This document shows positions 52,077 through 64,000 of a DNA stretch of 64,000 nucleotides, piece after piece. The stretch is from the NCBI GenBank assembly GCA_964016885.1, contig OZ024741.1, positions 317,564,001 through 317,628,000 of the forward strand, given 5' to 3'. The notes under the pieces are model-generated. The model saw only the letters and a list, made by a program, of their open reading frames with translations. It made no database searches and was not told the origin of the DNA. Source of the DNA: Eledone cirrhosa (taxonomy: Eukaryota). The first letter of the stretch is position 1, and each line of letters opens with the position of its first letter. The translations under genes were made by a program, and so were the position numbers.

Positions 52077-54668
52077 CTATGTGTCTGGTCTGAAGAAAAA
52101 GAAAGAGCTAAGTATGGTATGGGGGCAGGACGAGAAGATTTCTGATCTCCTGTTGAGCAAGTTGAGCCCTGAGAATACTATGGCATGAGATTCAGATAGG
52201 CACAGGCTACAACACCTGCTCAACGAGCTATATGGAGGAGCCTTAGTAAGGCATCTCCAGCTTAGTGTGTAGGGGGTTTTTGTTTGTTTTAAACTATGTA
52301 TATGTCCCGCTAACGACGTGGTATTTTGAAGCTTCTCATATCGGAAGCTATGCTGATGGGCGTTGAACCTCGTCTTGAACTCGTTAGCGGTTGATCCCAC
52401 ATACGTCTTAGTATACGTGCCTGTGGTTACGTTACAAGCATATACCACGTTCCTGATAAGGCAGTGTCCAGCTAGTGGGCATTTGTCCTTCCTTCTGCAA
52501 TTACACTCTTTAGTAGGGACATACCCCTCAATCAGGGGTGCATGTCCCTCCAAGCGGCCGCGGGGCTGCCTAGTGGGACCGGTTCTATTGCCTAATATCC
52601 CCCTGGGTCTTTCACTCAGTGGATTGGTCCCGTGTTGTCGTGTGTGCTGGCGTGGTTCACTATTTCGGATGGCCTTAAGTCCCTCTTTGATCTTGCTCTT
52701 ATTGGTCTTAGCTAGGTGTAAGGCCAGATTAGGGGTTGTAGAGTACGATAGCTTGACAGTATTCTTATTGATGACACTACCGTACCTACTACCCGGGGGG
52801 AAGTTCTTATCTATTAAAGAGAAAAAAGACTTGGGGAGGTCTGTAGTAACATTAGAGTTGAAGGGCGGGTTAAAGAAGGTACTATCACGTCTTCTATTCC
52901 TTCCACTGCGTTTCCTATCCCCTATGCTGCTTACCCTCTCTTCGTCTATATTATTACTGGTTCCACCAGGTGTGGTTGCTGTGCACCCAGTGGTATGTGC
53001 GTTGGTCTCGAGTCTCCTAGGCCTCTGTCCCCCGTTTTCACTGTTGGACTTGCTCGGGGCGGCATAGCTCTTACCAGGCGTGTGGGCCCTATCCGTGTCT
53101 GCGTTGCGAGTGTTGTTGTTCTTATCTAACTTCCTATTGTCCCTATTCGTCTTTCTAGCTCTCCTTCCAACTCCCATGGACATATTGTGCGTGATTACAG
53201 TGCTGGGTTGGGGTGGTGGGGTGGTGCCGCCTGTCTCAACATAATGGAGTTTATCTTTGTGCCCTGACCCAGCTAGCGCCTTATTGTAATATTCCGCGTT
53301 CGCTTCAAATGCGGTCACGCTGCTAGATAGTCCGCTAATCCTACTAGATACTCCTTTAACTATTGCTTTGAGGACTGAGCCTGGGTGGTTGGAGCTGGCA
53401 TTGACGTATGTCAGCCTTTCGTTAGGTTTATGGTACGGTGCATATTCTAACTTATCTAGGTCTAGTGTGGCATCTAGAAAGTTGACTACCTTACTATTTC
53501 TATCCATAGTTATTGATAGGTTAAAATTCTTGAAGAATTTATAAAGGTCCTTTCTAGTTCTTTCTAGGTTGTGCCGTTTAAAGTCCACAGTAAGCAATGC
53601 GTCGTCACGGTATAGCCCACCTCTGAGGTGTGGGAGCTGCTCGTTGAGCTCCTTGAGCAAGTACAATCCGACGAGGTCTGTCACCTGCGCTGAGTCGCTA
53701 GACCCCATAGTGATGTCGAAATTGTTACGAGTGTTCTTGCGCGTCCACAATTCATCCTCAAATGTGATAATTGTTTTACGAGCGGCAAGGACTATGTCAA
53801 TCTGGGATCTAGCGAGTCCGCCCGTCCGCATTGCCATCATGAGCGCCTTATTTAGTAGTATGGGGGATATAGACGTATAGTAGGAGTCTATATCGAACTG
53901 GATGAAGCGTAGTGACTTGTGGTTGCTAATGCTTGAGAACCACATTATCACTTCTGCAGTGTTTCCCCATAGGTCCAGGCTAATCCTGTCTTTAACTTTC
54001 GGTATGACTTCATCTAGTATTTTTTTACTTATAATCCCTATGTCAGATTTAGAGGGGCTAATGAGCCTGACAGAGGGGCTACTTGCAAAGTCCTCCTTAT
54101 GGTCTTTCAATGTGAACCTTGGTTGTCGTGGGGTATAAGGTTGTGTGCATTTCTCTAATCCTAGCTTCGTTACTATCACTTTCGCCTCCCTGTTAATCTC
54201 ATCTAGGTTGGCTACAGTAGTTTTTTTATAGTTTTTATGTAGCTCATTGTATATGAAGCCGCGGTATTCTTCATAGCTCAGGTTGTACATATTCCTAGTC
54301 TTGTCCGAGGGTACTAGTATACACTTTCTGTCCTTAAAAGATTTAACTAGTGATTCTAACTTTGCTTGGAAGCCGCTACGCTTACTGTTTTTCCTTTTAT
54401 ATCTAATAGACCGGACGAGAGATAAAAGGTCACTCTCAAATTTATCGAGCAGAGGGTTATGGGGCGGGCTCCTAAATGTCCTAAATCCATACTTATTATT
54501 CGATGGACTCTCTAGTGGGGCGTTACGGCGCCTATCGAAGTGAAAAGTGCGACATCTTATTCTCCTTACAAACGAGTTAACGCTGGTTATAAGCTGCTTT
54601 TCATACGTACCCCTTGGTGGTATGGGTATATTCTTAAGTGATAACGGAAGATGGTCCTTTGTCAGCAT
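52077..54668 (-). CDS. Intact Naiad-type Penelope-like RT + C-terminal GIY-YIG endonuclease (~863 aa from first ATG)
   Basis: SLKNIPIP N-terminus, LKDHK..F...P.VRLI.P.KS, FDIDSYY, MGS.D.A, LYRDD, FNPPF, KLSYS..PN, CNCR...CPL.G.C, VVY...YVG, RF..H..SF; no stops. Confidence 0.95.
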   Translation of the reverse strand: MLTKDHLPLSLKNIPIPPRGTYEKQLITSVNSFVRRIRCRTFHFDRRRNAPLESPSNNKYGFRTFRSPPHNPLLDKFESDLLSLVRSIRYKRKNSKRSGFQAKLESLVKSFKDRKCILVPSDKTRNMYNLSYEEYRGFIYNELHKNYKKTTVANLDEINREAKVIVTKLGLEKCTQPYTPRQPRFTLKDHKEDFASSPSVRLISPSKSDIGIISKKILDEVIPKVKDRISLDLWGNTAEVIMWFSSISNHKSLRFIQFDIDSYYTSISPILLNKALMMAMRTGGLARSQIDIVLAARKTIITFEDELWTRKNTRNNFDITMGSSDSAQVTDLVGLYLLKELNEQLPHLRGGLYRDDALLTVDFKRHNLERTRKDLYKFFKNFNLSITMDRNSKVVNFLDATLDLDKLEYAPYHKPNERLTYVNASSNHPGSVLKAIVKGVSSRISGLSSSVTAFEANAEYYNKALAGSGHKDKLHYVETGGTTPPPQPSTVITHNMSMGVGRRARKTNRDNRKLDKNNNTRNADTDRAHTPGKSYAAPSKSNSENGGQRPRRLETNAHTTGCTATTPGGTSNNIDEERVSSIGDRKRSGRNRRRDSTFFNPPFNSNVTTDLPKSFFSLIDKNFPPGSRYGSVINKNTVKLSYSTTPNLALHLAKTNKSKIKEGLKAIRNSEPRQHTRQHGTNPLSERPRGILGNRTGPTRQPRGRLEGHAPLIEGYVPTKECNCRRKDKCPLAGHCLIRNVVYACNVTTGTYTKTYVGSTANEFKTRFNAHQHSFRYEKLQNTTSLAGHIHSLKQTKTPYTLSWRCLTKAPPYSSLSRCCSLCLSESHAIVFSGLNLLNRRSEIFSSCPHTILSSFFFFRPDT

Positions 54669-54902
54669 ACTGTCAGTGTATTGAAAAGCCACCCCAGGGC
54701 GGTGTGTTTTTCAGTGAAGGTTAAGCTCTACCGGAGGGAGCTAAATAAGTAAGATGTATGGTAGGTCGTATGTGAATCGCGATGATCACGTCTGACTTAC
54801 CAAATATGTGACAGTAGCTAGTTAAGCTCTATGCGTATACGCAGAGCAGAAATATTAGTGAAAAAGAACAAAGGAACTATTATGACATTATAACAAGTTT
54901 AT

Positions 54903-54949
54903 TGCCGACAGCCGTTTCGTCCGACCCCATGGTGGGACTTATCAAGGCA
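54903..54949 (-). ncRNA. Hammerhead ribozyme, U3-A8 variant, upstream of the Naiad ORF
   Basis: Minus strand: TGCC-TTGATAA-GTCC(N12)GGAC-GAAA-CGGCTG-TC-GGCA, overlapping an AATAAA. Confidence 0.8.
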
Positions 54950-55464
54950 TATAACATGTGATTGCAAGATCATTGTTTACATCAACGTATCACTCAAGGC
55001 TAGCAGTTTGAAATTGTGGTATACATCAGCAACTCCGCTTGTGTAGTTGGGGTCTATATTCTAAGGGGCTCTTTTATAATAGTTGTCGGGGTCAGGGATT
55101 GAAGTTAAAAAATTAGACAATAATATATAATTTACGCATCAACATTAAACTAAAAGACTTGGGGTCACGTAGAAGCACCTTAGAAAATCCCTCAATGAGT
55201 GCATAAAGCTTACAGGCTCCAATAAACCTACTAGACTAGAAGAAAATTAAGAGGCTAATAAAATAAAAAAATAAAAATATAAAGTTTCCCTAAAAAATAT
55301 ATAAAGTTCCTATGAAATTCCTTCTAGAGACAAAAGATTTTTTTTCCGAAAGAAAAAAACCTTCTTCCCCCGAGATCACGTTTACAAAATTCAGAAAACT
55401 GAATTGAAAACTAAGTTGAAAGAAACTAATCAATTAGAGGTTAATTCAGAGAGCCTTCTATAAA

Positions 55465-55553
<89 letters not shown>

Positions 55554-55577
55554 ATATATATATGTATATATATATGT

Positions 55578-56407
55578 ACGCGGGAAAGTAAATAATCGGA
55601 GAATAGACCGTTAAAACATGTTTATTTAAAATATCACCTACGTACGTTTCGCCCAGTTGGGTTTCTCAAGGGCATAAATAATCACAAGTGCTCCTTATAT
55701 AGTTCGGAAAGAGTTTTGGGGGTTAATTCTACATCAAGATTCATTGCTCGCAAAAATATCTTGTTTTGATTTTGCAGCAGGTCAAGGGAGGTAACTCTGG
55801 CCGGTGTTAGGGCAGTCTTTCCCGGATAATTTTTTTTTTTTTTTTTTTTTTCGCCGCATCGGTTTGTCTGAGGCTGGGTCTGGTGTGCAAGTATTGTTTT
55901 CTGGGTGTTATTTTGCTGCGCCTGCCCGCCGGGGTGTTAAGACTTGTTGCAGGGAGATCCAGTGTACTATTTCACTCTTCATTCTTAACCCATCTAAAGA
56001 AGGATATTTTTAAGCGATGTGTACAACTTATCGCTGTTTCAGCTCTGCTGTTGATGAGCTCGTGGGGTGCAGTTATGATATGGTAGAGCTCCATGAGGCA
56101 AAGATCGCATTTCCTCTTGAAGTTGTACGGTGCAGCCCTGCCGACAATCTCCCAGTGCGTGGAGAAGCTGATGTTTAAGTCCTTTAGTGATGTGATGTAG
56201 TCCGCGAGCGAAGTGGAGTGCCTTAGTTTTCTATTTGTGAAAGAGTGGAGATGTGTTCGAAACCTAATTTTGAACGGGCCGGAGGTGGCCCCTATATAAT
56301 GTTTAACGCTATTGTGGCTAGTAATAGTGCATCTATATATAACCCTATCAGTCAAGCAGTATCTTCTAAGGGGGCAGCGTCCTCTGTCGCGGCAGTTGCA
56401 ATTTCTG
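55578..56407 (-). mobile_element. Inverted copy of the 3' end (GIY-YIG + pLTR) of the adjacent Naiad
   Basis: Reverse complement of 57339-58172 with a few substitutions. Confidence 0.95.
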
Positions 56408-58329
56408 CAATAGGGCCCTGATAAGCGCCGGCTTTAACCGAGGAATTTCCTACATCCCTAACGCTAGCTCTAGAACACCCCCCCCCCCTCGTAAAACTAA
56501 CGTTATAGTAAGCCATACCTATAACCGATCACGCGGCGACCTCGTTAAAGTCGGATATAATAGAATAGATAACCGCACCAAAGATCACGTCCCTGGCGAC
56601 GGTGAATACTGTAGATTACTCAAACTATTCCCCTATTACAAAACCAACAAAGGCGACGGCCTACTACCAACGCCTTCCAACCAACATCTTCGTGTACATA
56701 AACATGGAAGAGGTAGAAAGAGTGCACCCGAGCATAAAGTGAAAGGGGCACCGAACGGGCGACAGCGCATTAACACACATACGAGCGGTCACTTAGATGG
56801 AACCACCCGTAGCAAAAGTACAAGGACACGTAATCGCCACCGTAACGTCCTATGGTTCCACCCCCCACCCCACCCCACACTCTCGAAGTGTGGCCTCCAA
56901 CATACCCCGGATATTCTTCGAAGCCTTAGAGAAGAACTTCCCACCCAACCATAGGTATAGAAAAATTCTTAATAGGAACAATATAAAAATATCCTTCTCT
57001 ACTACTCCTAACCTAGTAGACATCATAGGAACAACGAACCACAGTAAGATCACCAAGACACAGCACCTCGACACAGACGCACCTACACCTGACAATAACT
57101 ATATCGGCCTTAACAACTCCCTGACAGCATCCAATAGTGTTGGCAACGGCATCCGCAGACGCAACCAGAATGACCGCGAAGTGACTGGGGAACATGCAGA
57201 ACATGACGTGCAGAATAACAATCGCACCATCCCGCGTGCTGTGGGTTGTAATTGTGCTAACGACAGCTGCGGTAGCGTAGGTAACAACGTAGGCAGCAAC
57301 AATGATAGCCTTACCGTGGGAAATAGACGGAACCGCGACAGAAATTGCAACTGCCGCGACAGAGGACGCTTCCCCCTTAAAGGATACTGCTTGACTGATA
57401 GGGTTATATATAGATGCACTATTACTAGCCACAATAGCGTTAAACATTATATAGGGGCCACCTCCGGCCCGTTCAAAATTAGGTTTCGAACACATCTCCA
57501 CTCTTTCACAAATAGAAAACTAAGGCACTCCACTTCGCTCGCGGACTACATCACATCACTAAAGGACTTAAACATCAGCTTCTCCACGCACTGGGAGATT
57601 GTCGGCAGGGCTGCACCGTACAACTTCAAGAGGAAATGCGATCTTTGCCTCATGGAGCTCTACCATATCATAACTGCACCCCACAAGCTCATCAACAGCA
57701 GAGCTGAAACAGCGATAAGTTGTACACATCGCTTAAAAATATCCTTCTTTAGATGGGTTAAGAATGAAGAGTGAAATAGTACACTGGATCTCCCTGCAAC
57801 AAGTCTTAACACCCCGGCGGGCAGGCGCAGCAAAATAACACCCAGAAAACAATCCTTGCATACCAGACCCAGCCTCAAACAAACCGATGCGGCGAAAAAA
57901 AAAAGAAAAAAAAAAAATAATAATCCGGGAAAGACTGCCCTAACACCGGCCAGAGTTACCTCCCTTGACCTGCTGCAAAATCAAAACAAGATATTTTTGC
58001 GAGCAATGATTCTTGATGTAGATTTAACCCCCAAAACTCTTTCCGAACTATATAAGGAGCACTTGTGATTATTTATGCCCTTGAGAAACCCAACTGGGCG
58101 AAACGTACGTAGGTGATATTTTAAATAAACATGTTTTAACGGTCTATTCTCCGATTATTTACTTTCCCACGTGCTTACACTCTGCTAACTCTCTAGCCCA
58201 CTAAATATTAACACTTCAAATATTTAATACTGCCGGCACTAGTATCGAGCACCTTTGGCATACGCTACTTGGCAAATAACTATATGTATCACCTATCCCT
58301 CCTTTTTCTCTCTTTCTCGATACGTAAAT

Positions 58330-58330
<1 letters not shown>
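56408..58330 (+). mobile_element. 5'-truncated Naiad-type PLE (thumb, linker, GIY-YIG, pLTR, tail)
   Basis: NRALISAG, RNVLWFHPP (frameshift), FPPNHRYRKILNRNNIKISFSTTPN, CNCR, VIY...YIG, RF.TH.HSF; ends at (TA)n. Confidence 0.92.
58075..58118 (+). ncRNA. Degenerate U3-A8 hammerhead-like motif in the pLTR (mirror copy at ~55632-55676, minus)
   Basis: CC-TTGAGAA-ACCC AACT GGGC-GAAA-CGTACG-TA-GG; palindromic stem III; weak stem I. Confidence 0.55.
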
Positions 58331-60064
<1,734 letters not shown>

Positions 60065-62480
60065 TAGGGGAACAGTGGGAATTCCTGAAAGTTAACCTGC
60101 TGAAGGTGACAGATGAAGTCTGTGGCTGGAGCAGGCCTATAAGCAGGAGGAGGGTAACATGGTGGTGGAACAGTAAGGTGGAGGAGTCAATCAAGGCCAA
60201 AAAGCAAGCTTGGAAAGTATGGCAGGATGGGGGAAGTAGAGAACACTATCAAGTGGCCAGGAGAGAAGCTAGGAGACAAGTGTACTTTGCAAGAAGGGAA
60301 GCAGAGGAAAGAAAGTTCAAGCATGTTCTACAATGCGAGGACCAAAAACGTGAGGTGTTCAGGATTGCTAGACAATGTGTCAAGGAAAACCGTGATATTG
60401 TCGGGGAGAAGTGTGTCCATAATGATGATGGTATACTTGCCATCACTGATGCTGATAAGAAGGTAGCTTGGAAGTGTCACTACGAGAGGCTACTAAATGA
60501 GGAGAATAAATGGGAAAAAGATAGTCTGTCCCAAATCGATCCAAGAGGGACCAGCAGTGCAAGTTGAAGGTAGTATAATAAGTAAGGCAATTAAAGATAT
60601 GAAGACAGGCAAAGCAGCTGGGCCTTCAGAGATAGTTGCTGAAATTCTGAAAGCATCTGGATCAGTGGGACACACTATGGTCACCCGGATAGTAAACCAA
60701 GTCATACAGAATGGGGTCATACCAAATGACTGGCATAGCAGCAGCATAATTAACTGCTACAAGGGTAAAGATAGGGGAAACTATAGAGGCATTAAATTAA
60801 TTGACCAAGTCATGAAGGTCACAGAAAGAGTTATAGCGCAACTAATCAGAGAGCGAATTGATCTAGATGAAATGCAGTTTGGGTTTGTGTCAGGTAAAAG
60901 TGCCACAGACGCTCTTTTCCTTGTATGACAACTACAGGAGAAGTACTTAGCTAAAAGTAAACCCCTATACTTAGCTTTTGTTGTCTTGGAGAAAGCCTTT
61001 GACAGAGTCCCCTACTCCATTATCTGGTGGGCTCTTAGAAAACTAGGTGTTGATGAATGGCTTGTGAGAGTTATACAAGCCATGTATAAAGAAACAGTCA
61101 GCAAGGCTAGAATTAACAACAAATATAGTGAAGCATTTAGCGTAAAAGTTGGTGTTCATCAGGGCTCTGTCCTTAGCCCCCTCCTATTTATTATTGCCCT
61201 TCTGGCTATAACAGAGGAGTTCAAGATCGGCTGCCCATGGGAACTTCTATATGCAGATGATCTAACACTCATAGCTGAATCAATGGCTGAACTAGAGAAG
61301 AAATTCCAAACATGGAAGCATGGCCTAGAATCAAAAGGCCTTAAAATTAACTTGTCTAAGAATAAAGTTCTAGTATGTAGAAAGGAAAATAGGGCTCTGG
61401 TCGCCCTCTGGGAAATGGCCATACTCAGTGTGTAGGAAAGGAGTAGGCAGAAATTCCATTTTATGTCCCAAATGCAAAGTATGGGTGCATAAAGATGTAG
61501 TGGGATCACAGGTAAGCTAACTAAGAACATAGATTTTATATGTGGCCAGTGGTCAGGTGAAATAAGTAGCAAGTGCCCACTGGATGCTATCTCCTTCAAC
61601 TGCCCAGATGGTTCTATAGAAATAGTGGACACTTTCCGTTACCTGGGTGACAAAATCAGCAGTGGTTGAGGGTGCTCTGAAAGAGAGCCAGAGTCAGAAC
61701 GGGATGGAAAAAGTTCAGAGAGCTTATACCGCTGTTGGCCACAAAAGATTTCTCTCTAAAAATGAAAGGCAGACTGCATGATGCCTGCATACGAACAGCA
61801 ATGTTACATGGCAATGAGACATGGGCATTGTGTGCAGAGGATCTGCGCAGACTGGAGAGGAATGAAGCTTGTATGCTCCGTTGGATGTGTAATAGTAATA
61901 TATGTGAACGGCAAAGCATAAATGAACTAAGTGAGAAATTAGGAATAAGAGGGATCAGATGCTGTTTACTTGAGAGAAGACTACATTGGTATGGTCACGT
62001 GATGCGCATGAAAGACAGCTGTATAAAAAAGGGCAGGGCGATCAAAATTGATGGAAGCTACGGAGTAGACAGACCCAGAAAAACCTGGGACGATTTGATA
62101 AATTCCGATCTTACACACTTACATCTCTCCAAGACAATGTCACTTGACCGAGATCTTTGGTGCTACGCAGTAATACAGAATACCCACCTTGCCTAAGTGC
62201 AAAGTGAAACCTACAGTCAGTAGGCACCTCTTAACCAAAAATCCCTCTACCCCTACCCCCATCTACACCACCCCTTTCTCTGTAAAGTTATGTTGGTACC
62301 ACAACATCCAGTCCTAAATAAATGAGGTTGTGTAGGTGTCATGACAAAACAAAACACACAGTCCACACTGTAATGTGGCCGTGTAGGTAACACGGTAAAA
62401 ACCTCCCATTCCACACTGTAAACGTTGTTGATGTTAGGAAGGCCATCCAGCCGTAGAAAACCTGCCAGACAGTCCTATTC
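60065..62480 (+). mobile_element. Older 5'-truncated RTE LINE, multiply disrupted
   Basis: WWWN..V, GKAAGPS, NYRGI, QGSVLSP, YADD, RPRKTW; 3' UTR homologous to 36124-36420. Confidence 0.93.
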
Positions 62481-62542
62481 GTCCTATCCACGTTTACAGG
62501 TAGAAACTGTATGGAAGTCCACCAGATGGACTGTACTTATAA

Positions 62543-62758
62543 CCCATTTACATTACTCTATATATATATATTAGTGTATTTTCATGGTAAAGGCTTTACC
62601 TCACATAATTATCTCACATATCGAATCTATGAGATTTTGATGCTATTTATTTTGAGAACAATACCTTAACATTGGTATGAGCAGTGGGTTACAGTCAGTT
62701 TGAACAGAAAGAGGTGAGAGAAATCTGACTGGATACAGTCGGTTTAAATGCTAAAGGG
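62543..62758. mobile_element. TTAA MITE copy (left end degraded)
   Basis: Right TIR plus TTAA; shared internal sequence. Confidence 0.75.
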
Positions 62759-63162
62759 TTAAGTGTATACATGTCTGTGGAATACTCAACCACTTACATG
62801 TTAATTCATGGACTGCACATTTAGCAAGCTGATCAAACAATAGGGGAAAAAAACCCTCCGAAGTGTGTAATACTTTTTCATTGAAAGAAAATGATTTAAC
62901 TTTCATAGAATATCTAAGATATGATTTTTCTTTCAAAAAATCGCTATAAACTTTTTTATTTTGAATTTAGTTGATCAAACAGTTGACTGGTTATCATCAA
63001 AACTGAGAGAGAACCCATCATATACAACCAATATTCCTTAAATTGTTATTGTTGTTTGTTATTTGCTAAAAGAAGGTTAACTATGGTGTCCTTCATATTT
63101 AGTTTAATATCTGGATTACAAATGTGTTTTTGCCAATAATAACAAAGTGATTTGTCCTTTAA

Positions 63163-63383
63163 ACCTTTAGCATTTATATTACTCTATATTTACTATTGTA
63201 TTTTCACAGGAAACACTCTATCTCATATAATTATCTCACATAATATCGAATCTATGAGATTTTGATATTATTTATTTTGAGAACAATACCTTAACATCAG
63301 TATGAGCAGCCAGTTACGGCCAGATTGAACAGAAGGGGGTGAGAGAATTCTGGCCGGATATAACCGATTTAAATGCTAAAAGG
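63163..63383. mobile_element. TTAA MITE copy
   Basis: TTAA flanks; same family. Confidence 0.85.
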
Positions 63384-64000
63384 TTAATTTCTTGTTTGAC
63401 ATTTTTGAGAAATTGATCAGCAGCTACTCCCAATTGTTTTTAATAAGATTTTGATATCATCACCATCATCATCATCTCTTTCTCCATGATTGTATGGGTT
63501 AAGTCATCCTCCATACAGTATCTTTCTACTTTCCTTTATCATCTCCTTTGTGAGATTCAGTTTCTTTAAATTAGCAACTTTCTGCCCACATTTTTCTTGG
63601 TCTTCCTCTTCCACAGCTAAATGAAGTGGAAAAGCTGAATAAACACACTAAACAGAAAGAAAAAAAATCACTTACTGGCATTAATAGATCATCAAATAAC
63701 TGTTTGATATTAAAACATCTGTTTGGGTCCCTAGGTCAATCTAAGAATTTGCCGTTGTATTGTGTTGTTAAAGAGAAGGCCTGTTGTAAAGGAGAGACTA
63801 AACGATTCTATGTTCTATGGAATAAACAGATGTTAATCTTTTATTTCAGTGTTAACATTTAAAAAAGACCATATCACAAAGGCTGACTTTTCTTCTAGAG
63901 AACAGAAAATACTTTAGCACTCAACACCTGTTAATTCTTGCTTAAAATTCATTGTTTGATCACTGCTTCATGTTATTAAGCACACTTTTTATCAAAGAAA

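Noticed and set aside
52363-54543. Plus-strand ORFs overlapping the Naiad (and antisense ORFs over the ZNF and RTEs)
   Set aside because: Antisense shadows of real coding frames with no recognisable motifs.
52077-54668. Selenocysteine recoding in the Naiad
   Set aside because: No in-frame TGA; the ORF ends in TAG; no SECIS identified by eye.

Overview
AT-rich, microsatellite-dense animal genomic DNA. The SINE, RTE and C2H2-ZNF content best fits an octopod cephalopod; this is inference, not a database result. Three host genes lie on the minus strand: (1) EBNA1BP2/Ebp2 rRNA-processing gene, five coding exons at 13743->3227, with its 3' end off-window; (2) an intronless-CDS nine-finger C2H2 zinc-finger gene at 21820-23904; (3) a six-exon secreted S1 serine protease at 44744->31699 with an intact His/Asp/Ser triad. 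The rest is transposon-derived: two piggyBacs with a family of TTAA MITEs, mariner, hAT and Helitron non-autonomous elements, RTE LINEs, a CRE-like remnant and SINEs. The most striking part is a cluster of Penelope-like elements (PLEs) at 33-58 kb. It includes an apparently intact Naiad-type RT+GIY-YIG ORF, several hammerhead-ribozyme (HHR) motifs (two with a U3-A8 core covariation), fold-back half-hammerhead hairpins and a shared terminal module attached to unrelated cargo. Most of these pieces are bounded by (TA)n tracts. About 11 kb of the cluster is bracketed by a ~1.7-kb inverted duplication of flanking DNA.
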